From positions 1 to 56,040 of the forward strand of contig CADBPN010000131.1 in NCBI GenBank assembly GCA_902796585.1: DNA of 56,040 nt. Reading direction: 5' to 3'. The notes beneath the pieces are model-generated. The model saw only the letters and a program-made list of their open reading frames with translations. It was not told the origin of the DNA and made no database searches. Positions 45,894-55,573 of the stretch are shown one piece after another (position 1 is the stretch's first letter; every line of letters begins with the position of its first letter). The translations under genes and the position numbers were made by a program. The DNA comes from an uncultured bacterium (GTDB lineage: Bacteria; Cyanobacteriota; Vampirovibrionia; Gastranaerophilales; Gastranaerophilaceae).

Positions 45894-47279
45894 CTATGCT
45901 AAATATTTTTGCAAAGTTTCTTTATCAAATACTTCGATGCTGTCTTTAGAATGAATAAATACCAGACAAGTAACAAGAGATTTAAAAGATTGAAAATCGT
46001 CAAATGCCAGTTTTTGTCTTAGGTCAGTCATGTTGTTAGCCATAAATTCAGTGATAACAACTTTGTCGTTGTAATATAATTCTGATAAAAATTCAAATGC
46101 ATCTCTTGTTTTAATACCTTCCAAATAAATCATGTCAGGAGATTGGAATTCAATAAATCTCAATGCTTTATCCATATTGAAACCGACATTTTCATTCAAT
46201 TCGCATTGATTTACACCTTGCAGTTCATACTTTGCAATTGATTCAATTGTCATAATATTTAATTTTTCTTTTGCAGCTTCCATTAGAAGTGAATAAATAA
46301 TGTGAGTTTTTCCGCTCAAAGGTGAACCGCAAACAAGTATAATACCGGGTTGTTTTAGTGCATTATAAATAATATTTTTAGATTTATCTTCTGTAATTAT
46401 TTTATCCAATTCTTGCGGCGGTTTATATATCTTTAAAGATATTCTTTCGCCCATTATTGTCGGAAAAGAAGATACTGATGCAATTAGTAATGCTTTTTCA
46501 ACTTTAAAACATAATTTTCCGAGTTGAGGTATTTCACATACCGTAGGGTCTAAATTTGATAATGATTTTAACTTAGAAACAAAAGCGGAATTTAGTATAG
46601 CAGGTATTGTTCCTTTATCACAAACTTCCCCGTTTTGTTTAAATACTACTTTTAAACCGTCTTCAATTTGCTCAAAATTTAGTTCGTGGACATCTTCTAT
46701 AATTGCTTGTTTTAAAATAGCTCTTATTACGTGCTGAATATGTTCTTCACCGGCTTCTTCATTATGGAGTTCTTCTGTCCAATCAAAATTTTCATTTTCT
46801 TCGGTTGAAAGTATTATATCATCAACGGTATCTGCTACTTTATAATATTCGTCAATCTTTTTAAGAATGCTTGTTTCTGATGAAATAACAGGCTCAATTG
46901 AGCATTCTGCCGTTTCAATTATTTTATCAATAGCGAATAAATCAAGCGGATCAGACATTGCAACAGTCAATACGTCCTCTATTTTAAATAAAGGAATAAT
47001 CTTGTATCTTCTTGCATCTATAAAAGATACATACTTAAAACACTTTGGATCAGGACTGTAGTCGTCAAGATTAACGCTCGGAATATGCAATTTCGATTCA
47101 AGAAATTTTAAAAGAGTATCCTCTTCAATAATACCTGAATTGATTAAAGCCTGTCCGATATTTATTCTTTGGACATCAGCAAGTTCTTCTGCTTTCTCCA
47201 AAGTTTCGTATTCAACAATACCATCTCTTACCAACTCATATTTGAGTTTTTCTAATGTTTTATTTGTAACTGTTTCCAT
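45894..47279 (-). CDS. Degenerate GspE/PilB-like secretion ATPase
   Basis: N-terminal GspE domain (VAMSDPLD), PQLGK, PTIMGERISLK, GSPLSGKT, IMTIE; altered Walker B and short C-terminus. Confidence 0.8.
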   Translation of the reverse strand: METVTNKTLEKLKYELVRDGIVEYETLEKAEELADVQRINIGQALINSGIIEEDTLLKFLESKLHIPSVNLDDYSPDPKCFKYVSFIDARRYKIIPLFKIEDVLTVAMSDPLDLFAIDKIIETAECSIEPVISSETSILKKIDEYYKVADTVDDIILSTEENENFDWTEELHNEEAGEEHIQHVIRAILKQAIIEDVHELNFEQIEDGLKVVFKQNGEVCDKGTIPAILNSAFVSKLKSLSNLDPTVCEIPQLGKLCFKVEKALLIASVSSFPTIMGERISLKIYKPPQELDKIITEDKSKNIIYNALKQPGIILVCGSPLSGKTHIIYSLLMEAAKEKLNIMTIESIAKYELQGVNQCELNENVGFNMDKALRFIEFQSPDMIYLEGIKTRDAFEFLSELYYNDKVVITEFMANNMTDLRQKLAFDDFQSFKSLVTCLVFIHSKDSIEVFDKETLQKYLA

Positions 47280-47288
47280 TGTTATTTA

Positions 47289-47897
47289 TTATACAGATGT
47301 AACGACTTTATCAATAAGACCGTATTCAACAGATTCTTGTGCTGATAAATAGTGGTCTCTTTCGCAATCAGCTTTTACTTTTTCAAAGTCTTGACCTGCA
47401 TTTTCTGCCATAATACCGATTAATAATTCTTTCATTCTCAAAATTTCTTTAGCTTCTAATTCTATATCAGTAGCTTGTCCTCTTGCGCCGCCTAAAGGTT
47501 GGTGTATCATGATTCTTGAGTTTGGAAGAGCCATTCTTTTTCCTTTAGCACCTGATGAAAGTAAAAACGCACCCATTGATGCTGCTTGTCCCAAACATAT
47601 TGTTTGAACATCTGCTCTAATGTGCTGCATTGTATCATAAATTGCAAATCCTGCAGTTACACTTCCTCCGGGAGAATTTATGTACAACATGATATCTTTT
47701 TCCGGATTTTCACTATCCAAAAGCAATAATTGTGCAACTATAGCATTTGCAACATCATCATCAATTTCTGTTCCTAAGAAAATAATTCTTTCTCTTAATA
47801 ATCTTGAAAATATATCAAAAGACTTTTCACCTCTTGATGATTGTTCAATAACTGTAGGTACATAATCTAATATTTTTTTCATTTCTTCACTCATCAT
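47289..47897 (-). CDS. clpP: ATP-dependent Clp protease proteolytic subunit
   Basis: [30 protein letters not shown]. Confidence 0.98.
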   Translation of the reverse strand: MMSEEMKKILDYVPTVIEQSSRGEKSFDIFSRLLRERIIFLGTEIDDDVANAIVAQLLLLDSENPEKDIMLYINSPGGSVTAGFAIYDTMQHIRADVQTICLGQAASMGAFLLSSGAKGKRMALPNSRIMIHQPLGGARGQATDIELEAKEILRMKELLIGIMAENAGQDFEKVKADCERDHYLSAQESVEYGLIDKVVTSV

Positions 47898-48077
47898 ATC
47901 TCTCCTTGACTTATTAAGTTAATTTTACAATAAATTTCAACTATATGCAACATCGATTATAACCAATACAGCATAATCACATGCATAAAAAATTAATCAT
48001 TTGATATATATACTTGAAACCAAAAATTTTTTGCATACAATGAGTGTAGTATATACAACCAATATAGGAATTAAGTT

Positions 48078-48290
48078 ATGAAAATCAACAATATTTCTTC
48101 AGTAAATTTTAACGGTATACATATCAATGCTTCTGAGAATAAATCAAATAAATATTTATATAACCAAATACAAGAAATTACAAATGTTTATAAAGTTCCG
48201 GCAACATTTCGGACATATAGTATAGAATTACCAACTGTTACAAATGAAATTATTAAAAAATTAACAGAATTAGGTATTAAGTTTGTCTAA
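48078..48290 (+). CDS. 70-aa hypothetical protein with N-terminal NFNG motif
   Basis: AGGA RBS; MKINNISSVNFNG. Confidence 0.7.
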   Translation: MKINNISSVNFNGIHINASENKSNKYLYNQIQEITNVYKVPATFRTYSIELPTVTNEIIKKLTELGIKFV

Positions 48291-49126
48291 TAGTTTTCAC
48301 CGGCAGGAGTTAAAGTTCCTATAAGGAATGCATTTACATATATAAGATAAATGTTCAGAAGGTATACTGCTAAGATTTCAGTGATATTTATAGCAGAAAA
48401 TGAAAAAGAAAGTTGTGTATAATTTTGCACATTTAAAATATCATTTAAGCTAATATTAAGCATGTTTGAAATTAGAAAACCATTTAGTAGAGTAAATATA
48501 ATAAATAATACTGTATTTTTCCAGTATAAAAATGGATAGTTACCCATAATAAAAACAGCTTTTGGTATATTCCAGACTGCTACAACGGAATCTCTTCTTG
48601 CATAGTTCCAAGCAAGTGCCGGAATGAAAGAGCAGACAAATAAATATATACTTGAATAAAATATATTGGCTCCAAACGAATCTAATTCAAAAAATTCTAA
48701 AGTCAGTTGTGTATTTTTTAAATTATAAAGAACCAATAAGATAATTGGAATCGCAAGTAATGCAGAAGCCGTTATGGATGCAATACCTCTCCAAATAAAT
48801 TTTATTATTTTAATTTCTGGAATAGATATTTTATTTAGAGTTTTAATTTTATTATTGTAGACATTTGCAGATTTTATATCCCACTCTCGATTTATAATAG
48901 CATCTGTTAATTCCCAAAAATAGCCCAATAAAAATAATATAGGAATTATAAACAATGCAAAAGATGTTATTTGTAAAGCTAATTTGATAGTAGGTTCTTG
49001 AAAATAATTAACACTAAATAATGTAATCCAAGCTAAAATCCAAATAATAACATTAAAGCATGCAACAAAAATAAAATGCTTCTTAAAATCTTTAACTTTG
49101 AACATCCAATTTAATACTTCCGGCAT
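48287..49126 (-). CDS. Multi-pass membrane protein (DUF4013-like)
   Basis: About 6 hydrophobic segments; LLGYFW, FIWRGI. Confidence 0.7.
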   Translation of the reverse strand: MPEVLNWMFKVKDFKKHFIFVACFNVIIWILAWITLFSVNYFQEPTIKLALQITSFALFIIPILFLLGYFWELTDAIINREWDIKSANVYNNKIKTLNKISIPEIKIIKFIWRGIASITASALLAIPIILLVLYNLKNTQLTLEFFELDSFGANIFYSSIYLFVCSFIPALAWNYARRDSVVAVWNIPKAVFIMGNYPFLYWKNTVLFIIFTLLNGFLISNMLNISLNDILNVQNYTQLSFSFSAINITEILAVYLLNIYLIYVNAFLIGTLTPAGENY

Positions 49127-49138
49127 ATTAAATCCTTA

Positions 49139-49516
49139 TTATCTTGATAAAGAAATACTTGTTACTCCGGCATTTCTGGCTGTGTCCATTAATTTTACGA
49201 CAGCACCATGTTCTGCATTGTCATCTACCTGTATCAACAAACCGTCAGGGTAATCTTTTAATTTGTCAGTGACAGTTGTTTCTAAATCTGCTTCAGCAAT
49301 TTCAATTCCATCAAATATATATTTATTATCTTGAGTAACTTCAAATGACATTATCTTACTGTCTTTTGATACTTGTTCCTGATTAACAACTTCCGGAACC
49401 GCAAGATTCAAACCTTGCTGGTCTAACATAGGAGCAATAACCATCATTATGATTAACAGTACAAGAAAAATATCTGTTAATGGTGTTATATTTATTTCAT
49501 TAAAACTGTCACGCAT
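49139..49516 (-). CDS. exbD: ExbD/TolR-family protein
   Basis: EINITPLTDIFLVLLIIMM, VVKLMD; start set at MRDSF. Confidence 0.9.
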   Translation of the reverse strand: MRDSFNEINITPLTDIFLVLLIIMMVIAPMLDQQGLNLAVPEVVNQEQVSKDSKIMSFEVTQDNKYIFDGIEIAEADLETTVTDKLKDYPDGLLIQVDDNAEHGAVVKLMDTARNAGVTSISLSR

Positions 49517-49517
49517 A

Positions 49518-50021
49518 TTATTCACTCCAATTGTCATATTGATTATCTTGCGGAATTGATGTTGTAGCTCCGTCAAGAGTGTTATTATAATTTTCTTCTA
49601 ATTCTTTTTGTTCTTTTTTATTCAGAGGTTCTCCGGCTACAATAAGTTTTTTATAGTGTGCATCTTGCGCAGCATCCATAATTTCTAATATAATAGAACT
49701 TTTAGCTTTTTCGTCCGCCTTAACTACAACTTCTGCTTTTTCATCATCTGTTTTTAATGCTTCCAATTTTGAAGTTAAAGCTGATGTTGTTGTTTTTTCA
49801 CCATCAACATATATTGTTCCGTCCTTGGTTACAGATACTGTAACTTTTCCCTGTTCAATTGCGGTCCCGCTGTTAACTTCCGGAATGGCGATTGAGTTAT
49901 CAACAGATTGGAATGTTGGTGCTACTACCATCATTATAATCAATAACACAAGAAAAATATCTGTTAACGGTGTGATGTTTATTTCTGTAAATAACGCTTT
50001 TTTGCCCGATTTAATACTCAT
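49518..50021 (-). CDS. exbD: ExbD/TolR-family protein
   Basis: EINITPLTDIFLVLLIIMM, VKAD, EIMD. Confidence 0.9.
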   Translation of the reverse strand: MSIKSGKKALFTEINITPLTDIFLVLLIIMMVVAPTFQSVDNSIAIPEVNSGTAIEQGKVTVSVTKDGTIYVDGEKTTTSALTSKLEALKTDDEKAEVVVKADEKAKSSIILEIMDAAQDAHYKKLIVAGEPLNKKEQKELEENYNNTLDGATTSIPQDNQYDNWSE

Positions 50022-50040
50022 TGTATTTCCTTTTGTAAAA

Positions 50041-50691
50041 TTATAAAGCTACGTTTGCAGATTTAGATTCAACTTTTATATCTTCTTCTGAATCTACAAA
50101 GCTTAAGAATAATAACTTAATTAACTGGAAGTCATCTTCAAATCTTTTAACGGTAGATTGGAAAGCGTTATAGCAAACAACTGCTATAATAGCAACTCCC
50201 AAACCTAATGCCGTTGCAATTAAGGCAGAACCTATACCAAATGCAACTGCAGCAGATTGATTACCTTGTGCAGCAAGGTCTTGGAATGTAAATAGAATTC
50301 TCACAACTGTACCTAACAAACCTAAGAAAGGAGCTACACCACCGATTGTACCTAATATGGTTAATCTATGTTCTAATTTTCTGGAAGCAAGGGCTGCTGC
50401 AATATCGAAAGAACGGGAGAATCCTTTTTTCTGTTCTGATAAAATTCTCACAGCTTCTTCTGTTACTTCACCTATGATGCCGCCGCATTGTACCGCAAGA
50501 TTTTGGGCTCCCATTAAATTATTTCTTGAAAGTTCTTTTTGCAATCTGGGTATTAATTCTATTACATTTCTTTTGTTTGCGTTATAGTATGCCCATCTAT
50601 CTATTGCTACTGCAACGGTTGCAATTGAACATAATAAAATCGGTAATACTACCCACCAGTCATCTACAATTGTTTTTAATAATAAATCCAT
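50041..50691 (-). CDS. exbB: ExbB/TolQ proton-channel protein
   Basis: APFLGLLGTV, GI..ALIATA.GL. Confidence 0.92.
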   Translation of the reverse strand: MDLLLKTIVDDWWVVLPILLCSIATVAVAIDRWAYYNANKRNVIELIPRLQKELSRNNLMGAQNLAVQCGGIIGEVTEEAVRILSEQKKGFSRSFDIAAALASRKLEHRLTILGTIGGVAPFLGLLGTVVRILFTFQDLAAQGNQSAAVAFGIGSALIATALGLGVAIIAVVCYNAFQSTVKRFEDDFQLIKLLFLSFVDSEEDIKVESKSANVAL

Positions 50692-50730
50692 AATTTTATC
50701 CCCTTATTTGTTATCACTTTCTGTCTTAAA

Positions 50731-51186
50731 TTATTGTTCTTGTTTTATTTTATTAATAATATGACGTCTTTCCATTTTAAAAGTCATATCAATATTAACA
50801 GGTTCTTCGTTTACATCTTCAGGAAGCGGTTCAAATTTGGTTTTTTCAACAGCTTCCATTAATGAATTGTCGAAATCCTTATTTCCTGAAGAAACTATTA
50901 TACCGCTATCAAGTAAAGTACCGTTTTTAGTTATCAGCAATATTATAGTTGCTGAATTTTCAAATGATGCTGCTGACGGATACCAATTATTTTTGATATT
51001 TCTTCGTGTGAGAGCAATATAATGTTCCATACTTGGATATTGTTTAATAATTTTTTCGTAATGCGGAGTAAATACTGTTTCTTCTGCAAAACACTTTGCT
51101 TCTTCTTTATAACTGCTTATTAAAAATAAGGCTAAAGAAAAACAACTGATTGTTATGCTTTTAAATATCGAAATTTTACTTCTCAT
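50731..51186 (-). CDS. TonB/TolA C-terminal domain protein
   Basis: IKNNW.P, SSGNKDFD, FEPLP; N-terminal hydrophobic segment. Confidence 0.8.
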   Translation of the reverse strand: MRSKISIFKSITISCFSLALFLISSYKEEAKCFAEETVFTPHYEKIIKQYPSMEHYIALTRRNIKNNWYPSAASFENSATIILLITKNGTLLDSGIIVSSGNKDFDNSLMEAVEKTKFEPLPEDVNEEPVNIDMTFKMERRHIINKIKQEQ

Positions 51187-51199
51187 ACTGTATTACTCC

Positions 51200-52375
51200 T
51201 TATCTGTATGTTGCATTAAATACGTTATAGTCAAATGTAAATTGTATATCAATGCTTTGTCCTCTGAAATCTGCAGGAAGCGGTCTAAACGGTGCGGTTA
51301 ATTTTACAGCGTTTAAAGCTGCCTGATCGGCCGACGGGAGTCCCGATGATTTGCTTACGCTGCAAGTTAAAAGCCTGCCGTCTTTTGCAATTTTGAACAT
51401 TAGAACTACACGTTTAGATTCATTTCCTTTCGGAGGATCCCAGTTCATTTTAATTCTGTTTTGTAAATCTCTCATGTAAGGACCAAAGTCAGGTTCTCTC
51501 AGAGCATCTATTCCTGGAGCTCCGCCTCCGCCTCCGGGATTGCCGGCACTACCTCCGCCGCTGGAACCTCTGCCTAACGAACCGCTGCTTCCTGATGATG
51601 GTGACAACGAAGGTCTTGGGGCATAAGTTGAACCGGTTCCGCTTTTTGAACCGCCGGTTGTACCTTTACCTGTACCGGATGCGGCATTCGTGCCTCCAAC
51701 CGGACCTGTTGCTAATGTTTTACCTATTGGCGCATTTGACGGTTTAGGTATTGTAAACGGCGAAGATGGTTTTGCAGCAGGTGTAGGTGCTGAAATTGGA
51801 TTTGCACTAGGTCTTGCTGTAGGTGGAGCAGGTTTTGCCGGTGAAGGCTTTGATACTGTTTTATTATTTTGATTGTTTTGTGCTTTGTTTTGAGCTTGTG
51901 TCTTTTGCTGGATAGCTTGTTTTTGGATTTTTTGCTGTTGTTTTTTTATTGCCTGATTAGCACTATTAGCAGCCGCTGATGGCTTTACTGTTTTTTTAGG
52001 TGCCGGTGAAGGCATCGAAACCGGTCTTTTAGGATCGTTAATGCCGCCGCTTCTGGAATTCATATCAGCTCTGTTTTTTGTTTTAGGATTTCTGGGCATG
52101 GCCTCTTTATCGACCAAGACAAATTCAATATCCTTTTTTAGTTGAGCATCAGGTCTGTGAAATAAACTTATATTAATGCCCAACAGCATAAGTATTACAC
52201 AAATTAATGCACACAATGCAACTACAGCAGGATGTAAAGCTGTAGATATTGCTATAGATTTGCCGAGCGGTATTGCTTCCGGCTTTGTTGTAGCTATTGT
52301 GGGAAGTGTATACAGTTTACCTGTGTTTACCTCTTCCTCATCGTCTAAAAAACTTCTTCTACTAATTAATGACAC
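51200..52375 (-). CDS. TonB/TolA-family energy transducer
   Basis: TM with SxxxH (STALH), Pro/Gly-rich spacer, C-terminal SSG..D.AAL.AV...APF. Confidence 0.9.
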   Translation of the reverse strand: MSLISRRSFLDDEEEVNTGKLYTLPTIATTKPEAIPLGKSIAISTALHPAVVALCALICVILMLLGINISLFHRPDAQLKKDIEFVLVDKEAMPRNPKTKNRADMNSRSGGINDPKRPVSMPSPAPKKTVKPSAAANSANQAIKKQQQKIQKQAIQQKTQAQNKAQNNQNNKTVSKPSPAKPAPPTARPSANPISAPTPAAKPSSPFTIPKPSNAPIGKTLATGPVGGTNAASGTGKGTTGGSKSGTGSTYAPRPSLSPSSGSSGSLGRGSSGGGSAGNPGGGGGAPGIDALREPDFGPYMRDLQNRIKMNWDPPKGNESKRVVLMFKIAKDGRLLTCSVSKSSGLPSADQAALNAVKLTAPFRPLPADFRGQSIDIQFTFDYNVFNATYR

Positions 52376-52565
52376 TTTTTTATCTCTCTTAAATTACATG
52401 ATTAGAATAATAAGTTTCATTACAAAATAAATTATCCTACTTACCAGTCTAAATAACTATAAATTTATATTTCAGTTACTATCCCTATACAATATTTTAT
52501 AATCAATTATGATTTTGTCAATTTATTAAGATGTACAACAATAAAAAGCTATTATAGTGTTTAAT

Positions 52566-53561
52566 TTATTGTTTTCTGATACGCGGATCGGTTATCATCA
52601 ATAAAATATCTGCAAATAAATTTCCTAAAATCAGCATGATTGTACCCATCATAAGGGAGGCCATAACAAGATTAATGTCCGATTTCATGACTGCTTCCAA
52701 TATCAATCTGCCAAGTCCCGGGTATTGAAATACGTATTCTGTAAGAGCAGCTCCGCTTAACAGACCGGCAAATTCAAACCCCAGTAATGTTATCATAGGA
52801 TTTACGGCATTTCTTAATGCGTGTTTAAATATAACCTTAAACTCACTTAATCCTTTGGCTCTTGCGAATTTTATATAGTCACTGTCGAGAACTTCAAGCA
52901 TATTGGCACGCATTTGTCTTTGCAAACCGGATAGCGATATTGTAAAAAGAACTATAACAGGAAGAACCAAATGTTTAGAAATATCTAAAAATTTTCCCCA
53001 TAGATTTAAATCATTATAATAATAACTTGTAAGTCCTCCAACAGGGAATAGTCCTGTTTTTACAGCAAAAATAAGCATTAAAATTGCAAAAAAGAAGGAA
53101 GGAATAGCCATGCCTATACTTGAAATTACGGTTAATAATCTGTCAAAAGACGATTCTTTTTTATAAGCAGCAAATATTCCCAAAGGAATTCCGACCATCC
53201 AAGTCATAAAAATAACTATTGAAGTTAATAGTAATGTGTTTGGAATTCTCTCTTTTAATTTTGTAGAAACTTTTTCACCGGCAGTTGTGTATCCCAAATC
53301 TCCTTTTATAAAAGATTTAGCCCATGATAGATACTGTATGGTGATTGGTTTGTCCAGTTTTAATCTTTTAATTTCTTTGTCTAAAGTTTCTTGTGATATT
53401 GAAGGATTAAGCCTGAGTTCAGCAAGCGGATCAATTGGGGCAAGTCTTATTATGAAGAAACTTATCATTGATACTATTATTAAAAGAGGAATTGTTTGAA
53501 TTATTCGCTTAATTATATATCCAATGATAGAATTATTTTTTAAGTTAAATTTTAAAGACAT
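52566..53561 (-). CDS. Oligopeptide/dipeptide ABC permease (OppB/DppB type)
   Basis: YIIKRI, GDLG, ARAKGL, KHALRNA, PGLGRL, DPRI. Confidence 0.93.
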   Translation of the reverse strand: MSLKFNLKNNSIIGYIIKRIIQTIPLLIIVSMISFFIIRLAPIDPLAELRLNPSISQETLDKEIKRLKLDKPITIQYLSWAKSFIKGDLGYTTAGEKVSTKLKERIPNTLLLTSIVIFMTWMVGIPLGIFAAYKKESSFDRLLTVISSIGMAIPSFFFAILMLIFAVKTGLFPVGGLTSYYYNDLNLWGKFLDISKHLVLPVIVLFTISLSGLQRQMRANMLEVLDSDYIKFARAKGLSEFKVIFKHALRNAVNPMITLLGFEFAGLLSGAALTEYVFQYPGLGRLILEAVMKSDINLVMASLMMGTIMLILGNLFADILLMITDPRIRKQ

Positions 53562-53737
53562 ACATATACCTGTAAGATTCTGTAGTATAAAATAAGGATA
53601 GCATAATTTAACTTTTTTGTCTTAACTCTGTAAGGTAGAATATTTAGTTCTTGTTGAAATCAACTTTTTACCAACTGAGAATTTAGTTTTGAATTACTTA
53701 ATTTTTTTGTTACAATTTGTGAAAAAGGAAATATTGT

Positions 53738-54322
53738 ATGAAAATAGTTTTAGCATCTTCTAATCCTCATAAAGTACAAGAAATTAATGATATTGTATCA
53801 GGTTCGGGAATCGAATTTATATTGCCTCCTGTTGGTTTTGACCCAAATGAGACAGGAACTACATTTGAAGAGAGTTCGTATATAAAGGCTATTGAAGCTT
53901 GGAAGCTTTCAAAAACTTGGACTCTTGCTGATGATTCAGGACTATGCATAAGTGCGCTTGACGGAAAACCGGGAATTTATTCGGCCAGATATGCTGAAAC
54001 ACCGGCTTTGAGAATAGAAAGAGTTTTAAATGAAATGCAGGAACAAGTAAACAGAGATGCGCATTTTTCTTGTGCGATGACTTTAATTAACCCCGATGGT
54101 AATATTGAATTTAAATATCAAGGAATTTGTGAAGGTTTTATTACGTATGCTCCGAGAGGAACAAACGGATTCGGGTATGATCCGATTTTTCAACTAAAAA
54201 ATTCTGATAAAACAATGGCTGAATTATCTGAAGCAGAGAAAAACAATATTTCTCACCGCTCGATTGCATTAAAAAAAGTTTTAGAATATTTAAACGAAAA
54301 TATTATTAGTAAAGTTCGTTAG
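53738..54322 (+). CDS. rdgB: dITP/XTP pyrophosphatase (Ham1)
   Basis: ASSNPHK, ADDSGL, PGIYSARY, GFGYDP, KN.ISHR. Confidence 0.96.
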   Translation: MKIVLASSNPHKVQEINDIVSGSGIEFILPPVGFDPNETGTTFEESSYIKAIEAWKLSKTWTLADDSGLCISALDGKPGIYSARYAETPALRIERVLNEMQEQVNRDAHFSCAMTLINPDGNIEFKYQGICEGFITYAPRGTNGFGYDPIFQLKNSDKTMAELSEAEKNNISHRSIALKKVLEYLNENIISKVR

Positions 54323-54737
54323 GCTGAAAACGAGTGAAATTATCTAATAATCCTCCAATCGGAAGCATATTTGATGTTGGATTTTGAAACTCCTGAGGCC
54401 CAAGTTTTGCATTTTCAATTGCTTCAAGTCTGGCATTATAGTCGCTGTTTTTTTGATATTGTTTAACTTTTAAATCTTGGTAACAAGAAATTTTAGAATC
54501 AACATTCTCGATTTCTCTGCATTTTAGAATTCCGTTTTCAAATTCGACTTTTCTTTTGTACCAATATGCAGCAGTATCATTAAACTTTCCAAAACCTTTC
54601 GGTGCTTTAACATCTATATATGCAGGTGGTGTAAAATCTTTCCATTGCGGTTCATCCATTCCGTTAATTGATACTGTATCTTCTGCAATTGCAGGAAGAA
54701 ATAAAGCCAAAAATAATGATACAAATATTTTTTTCAT
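54306..54737 (-). CDS. Secreted hypothetical protein
   Basis: Signal MKKIFVSLFLALFLPAIA; AAGGA RBS. Confidence 0.8.
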   Translation of the reverse strand: MKKIFVSLFLALFLPAIAEDTVSINGMDEPQWKDFTPPAYIDVKAPKGFGKFNDTAAYWYKRKVEFENGILKCREIENVDSKISCYQDLKVKQYQKNSDYNARLEAIENAKLGPQEFQNPTSNMLPIGGLLDNFTRFQPNELY

Positions 54738-54890
54738 ACTATAATAATCCTTTTTTACATTATAACATTATTCAGAATTTCGAATCAATAGTTTGTTATT
54801 AATATTAATAGATTTATCTTAATGTTTCTTATCATATTATTGATTCTAGTATTGTTTAGAGTTATGCTTTATCAAAAGGAGTGTGTGTTT

Positions 54891-55274
54891 ATGAAAATTT
54901 TACCTGTTTCTGATGTGTATAATAGGAATTCCTCTTTTAAAGGAATGTGGGGGGATACGAAATATAATAATTACACTGAGTCTGAGTGTTATATCTATGA
55001 TACAATAAAGGAATATTATCCATTCAAAGACGAAACTGATGCTGAAATAGATGCGGTAAAGAAAAAATATAGCGACTATAAGACCAGTACTCCCGGACAA
55101 GGATATGTTGCTGATCCTTGGCCGCAAATAGAAAGCACTATAATTACAGTTATGGCAGCGCTTCCTTTCACCGCAAATGAATTCTTAAATTATACAAAGA
55201 ACAAATTATCAGCTGCAAAAAAACGCTTAATAGAAAGAACTATTGCTGAAAAAGGACTTTCTGTATTAAAATAA
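54891..55274 (+). CDS. Hypothetical protein with N-terminal SFKG motif
   Basis: AAGGAG RBS before ATG 54891; MKILPVSDVYNRNSSFKG. Confidence 0.75.
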   Translation: MKILPVSDVYNRNSSFKGMWGDTKYNNYTESECYIYDTIKEYYPFKDETDAEIDAVKKKYSDYKTSTPGQGYVADPWPQIESTIITVMAALPFTANEFLNYTKNKLSAAKKRLIERTIAEKGLSVLK

Positions 55275-55353
55275 CTGAATATGTATATTTGTAAGCAATT
55301 TAAGCCATTACAAAATTTACAATTTTTCACGCTTTTTTATTTAACCGCTTTTC

Positions 55354-55371
55354 TTAACAAAAATTTACAAT
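55354..55371 (+). promoter_or_regulatory. HLR1-like direct repeat (1 mismatch) upstream of ppdK
   Basis: TTAACAAA-aa-TTTACAAT. Confidence 0.4.
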
Positions 55372-55573
55372 AGGGTTTAAAGATAATACTGTCAATTAAA
55401 ATACCTTCATGGTATAAAGTTAATAGATTGGTATTACTATCCGACTAAAAGAAAGTATAGTGTTCAAAACGCATTAATATAAAGGCAGTGTGCCCTAAGT
55501 AGTGCGAGAAAGAAATGTATACAGAAAACAGCAGGTTGGGTTAAACCCAACGAAAATAAAGAAGGAGAAAACA

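Noticed and set aside
50041-50691. Proton-channel gene as flagellar motA
   Set aside because: Partners are ExbD/TolR and TonB-like, with no OmpA-domain MotB
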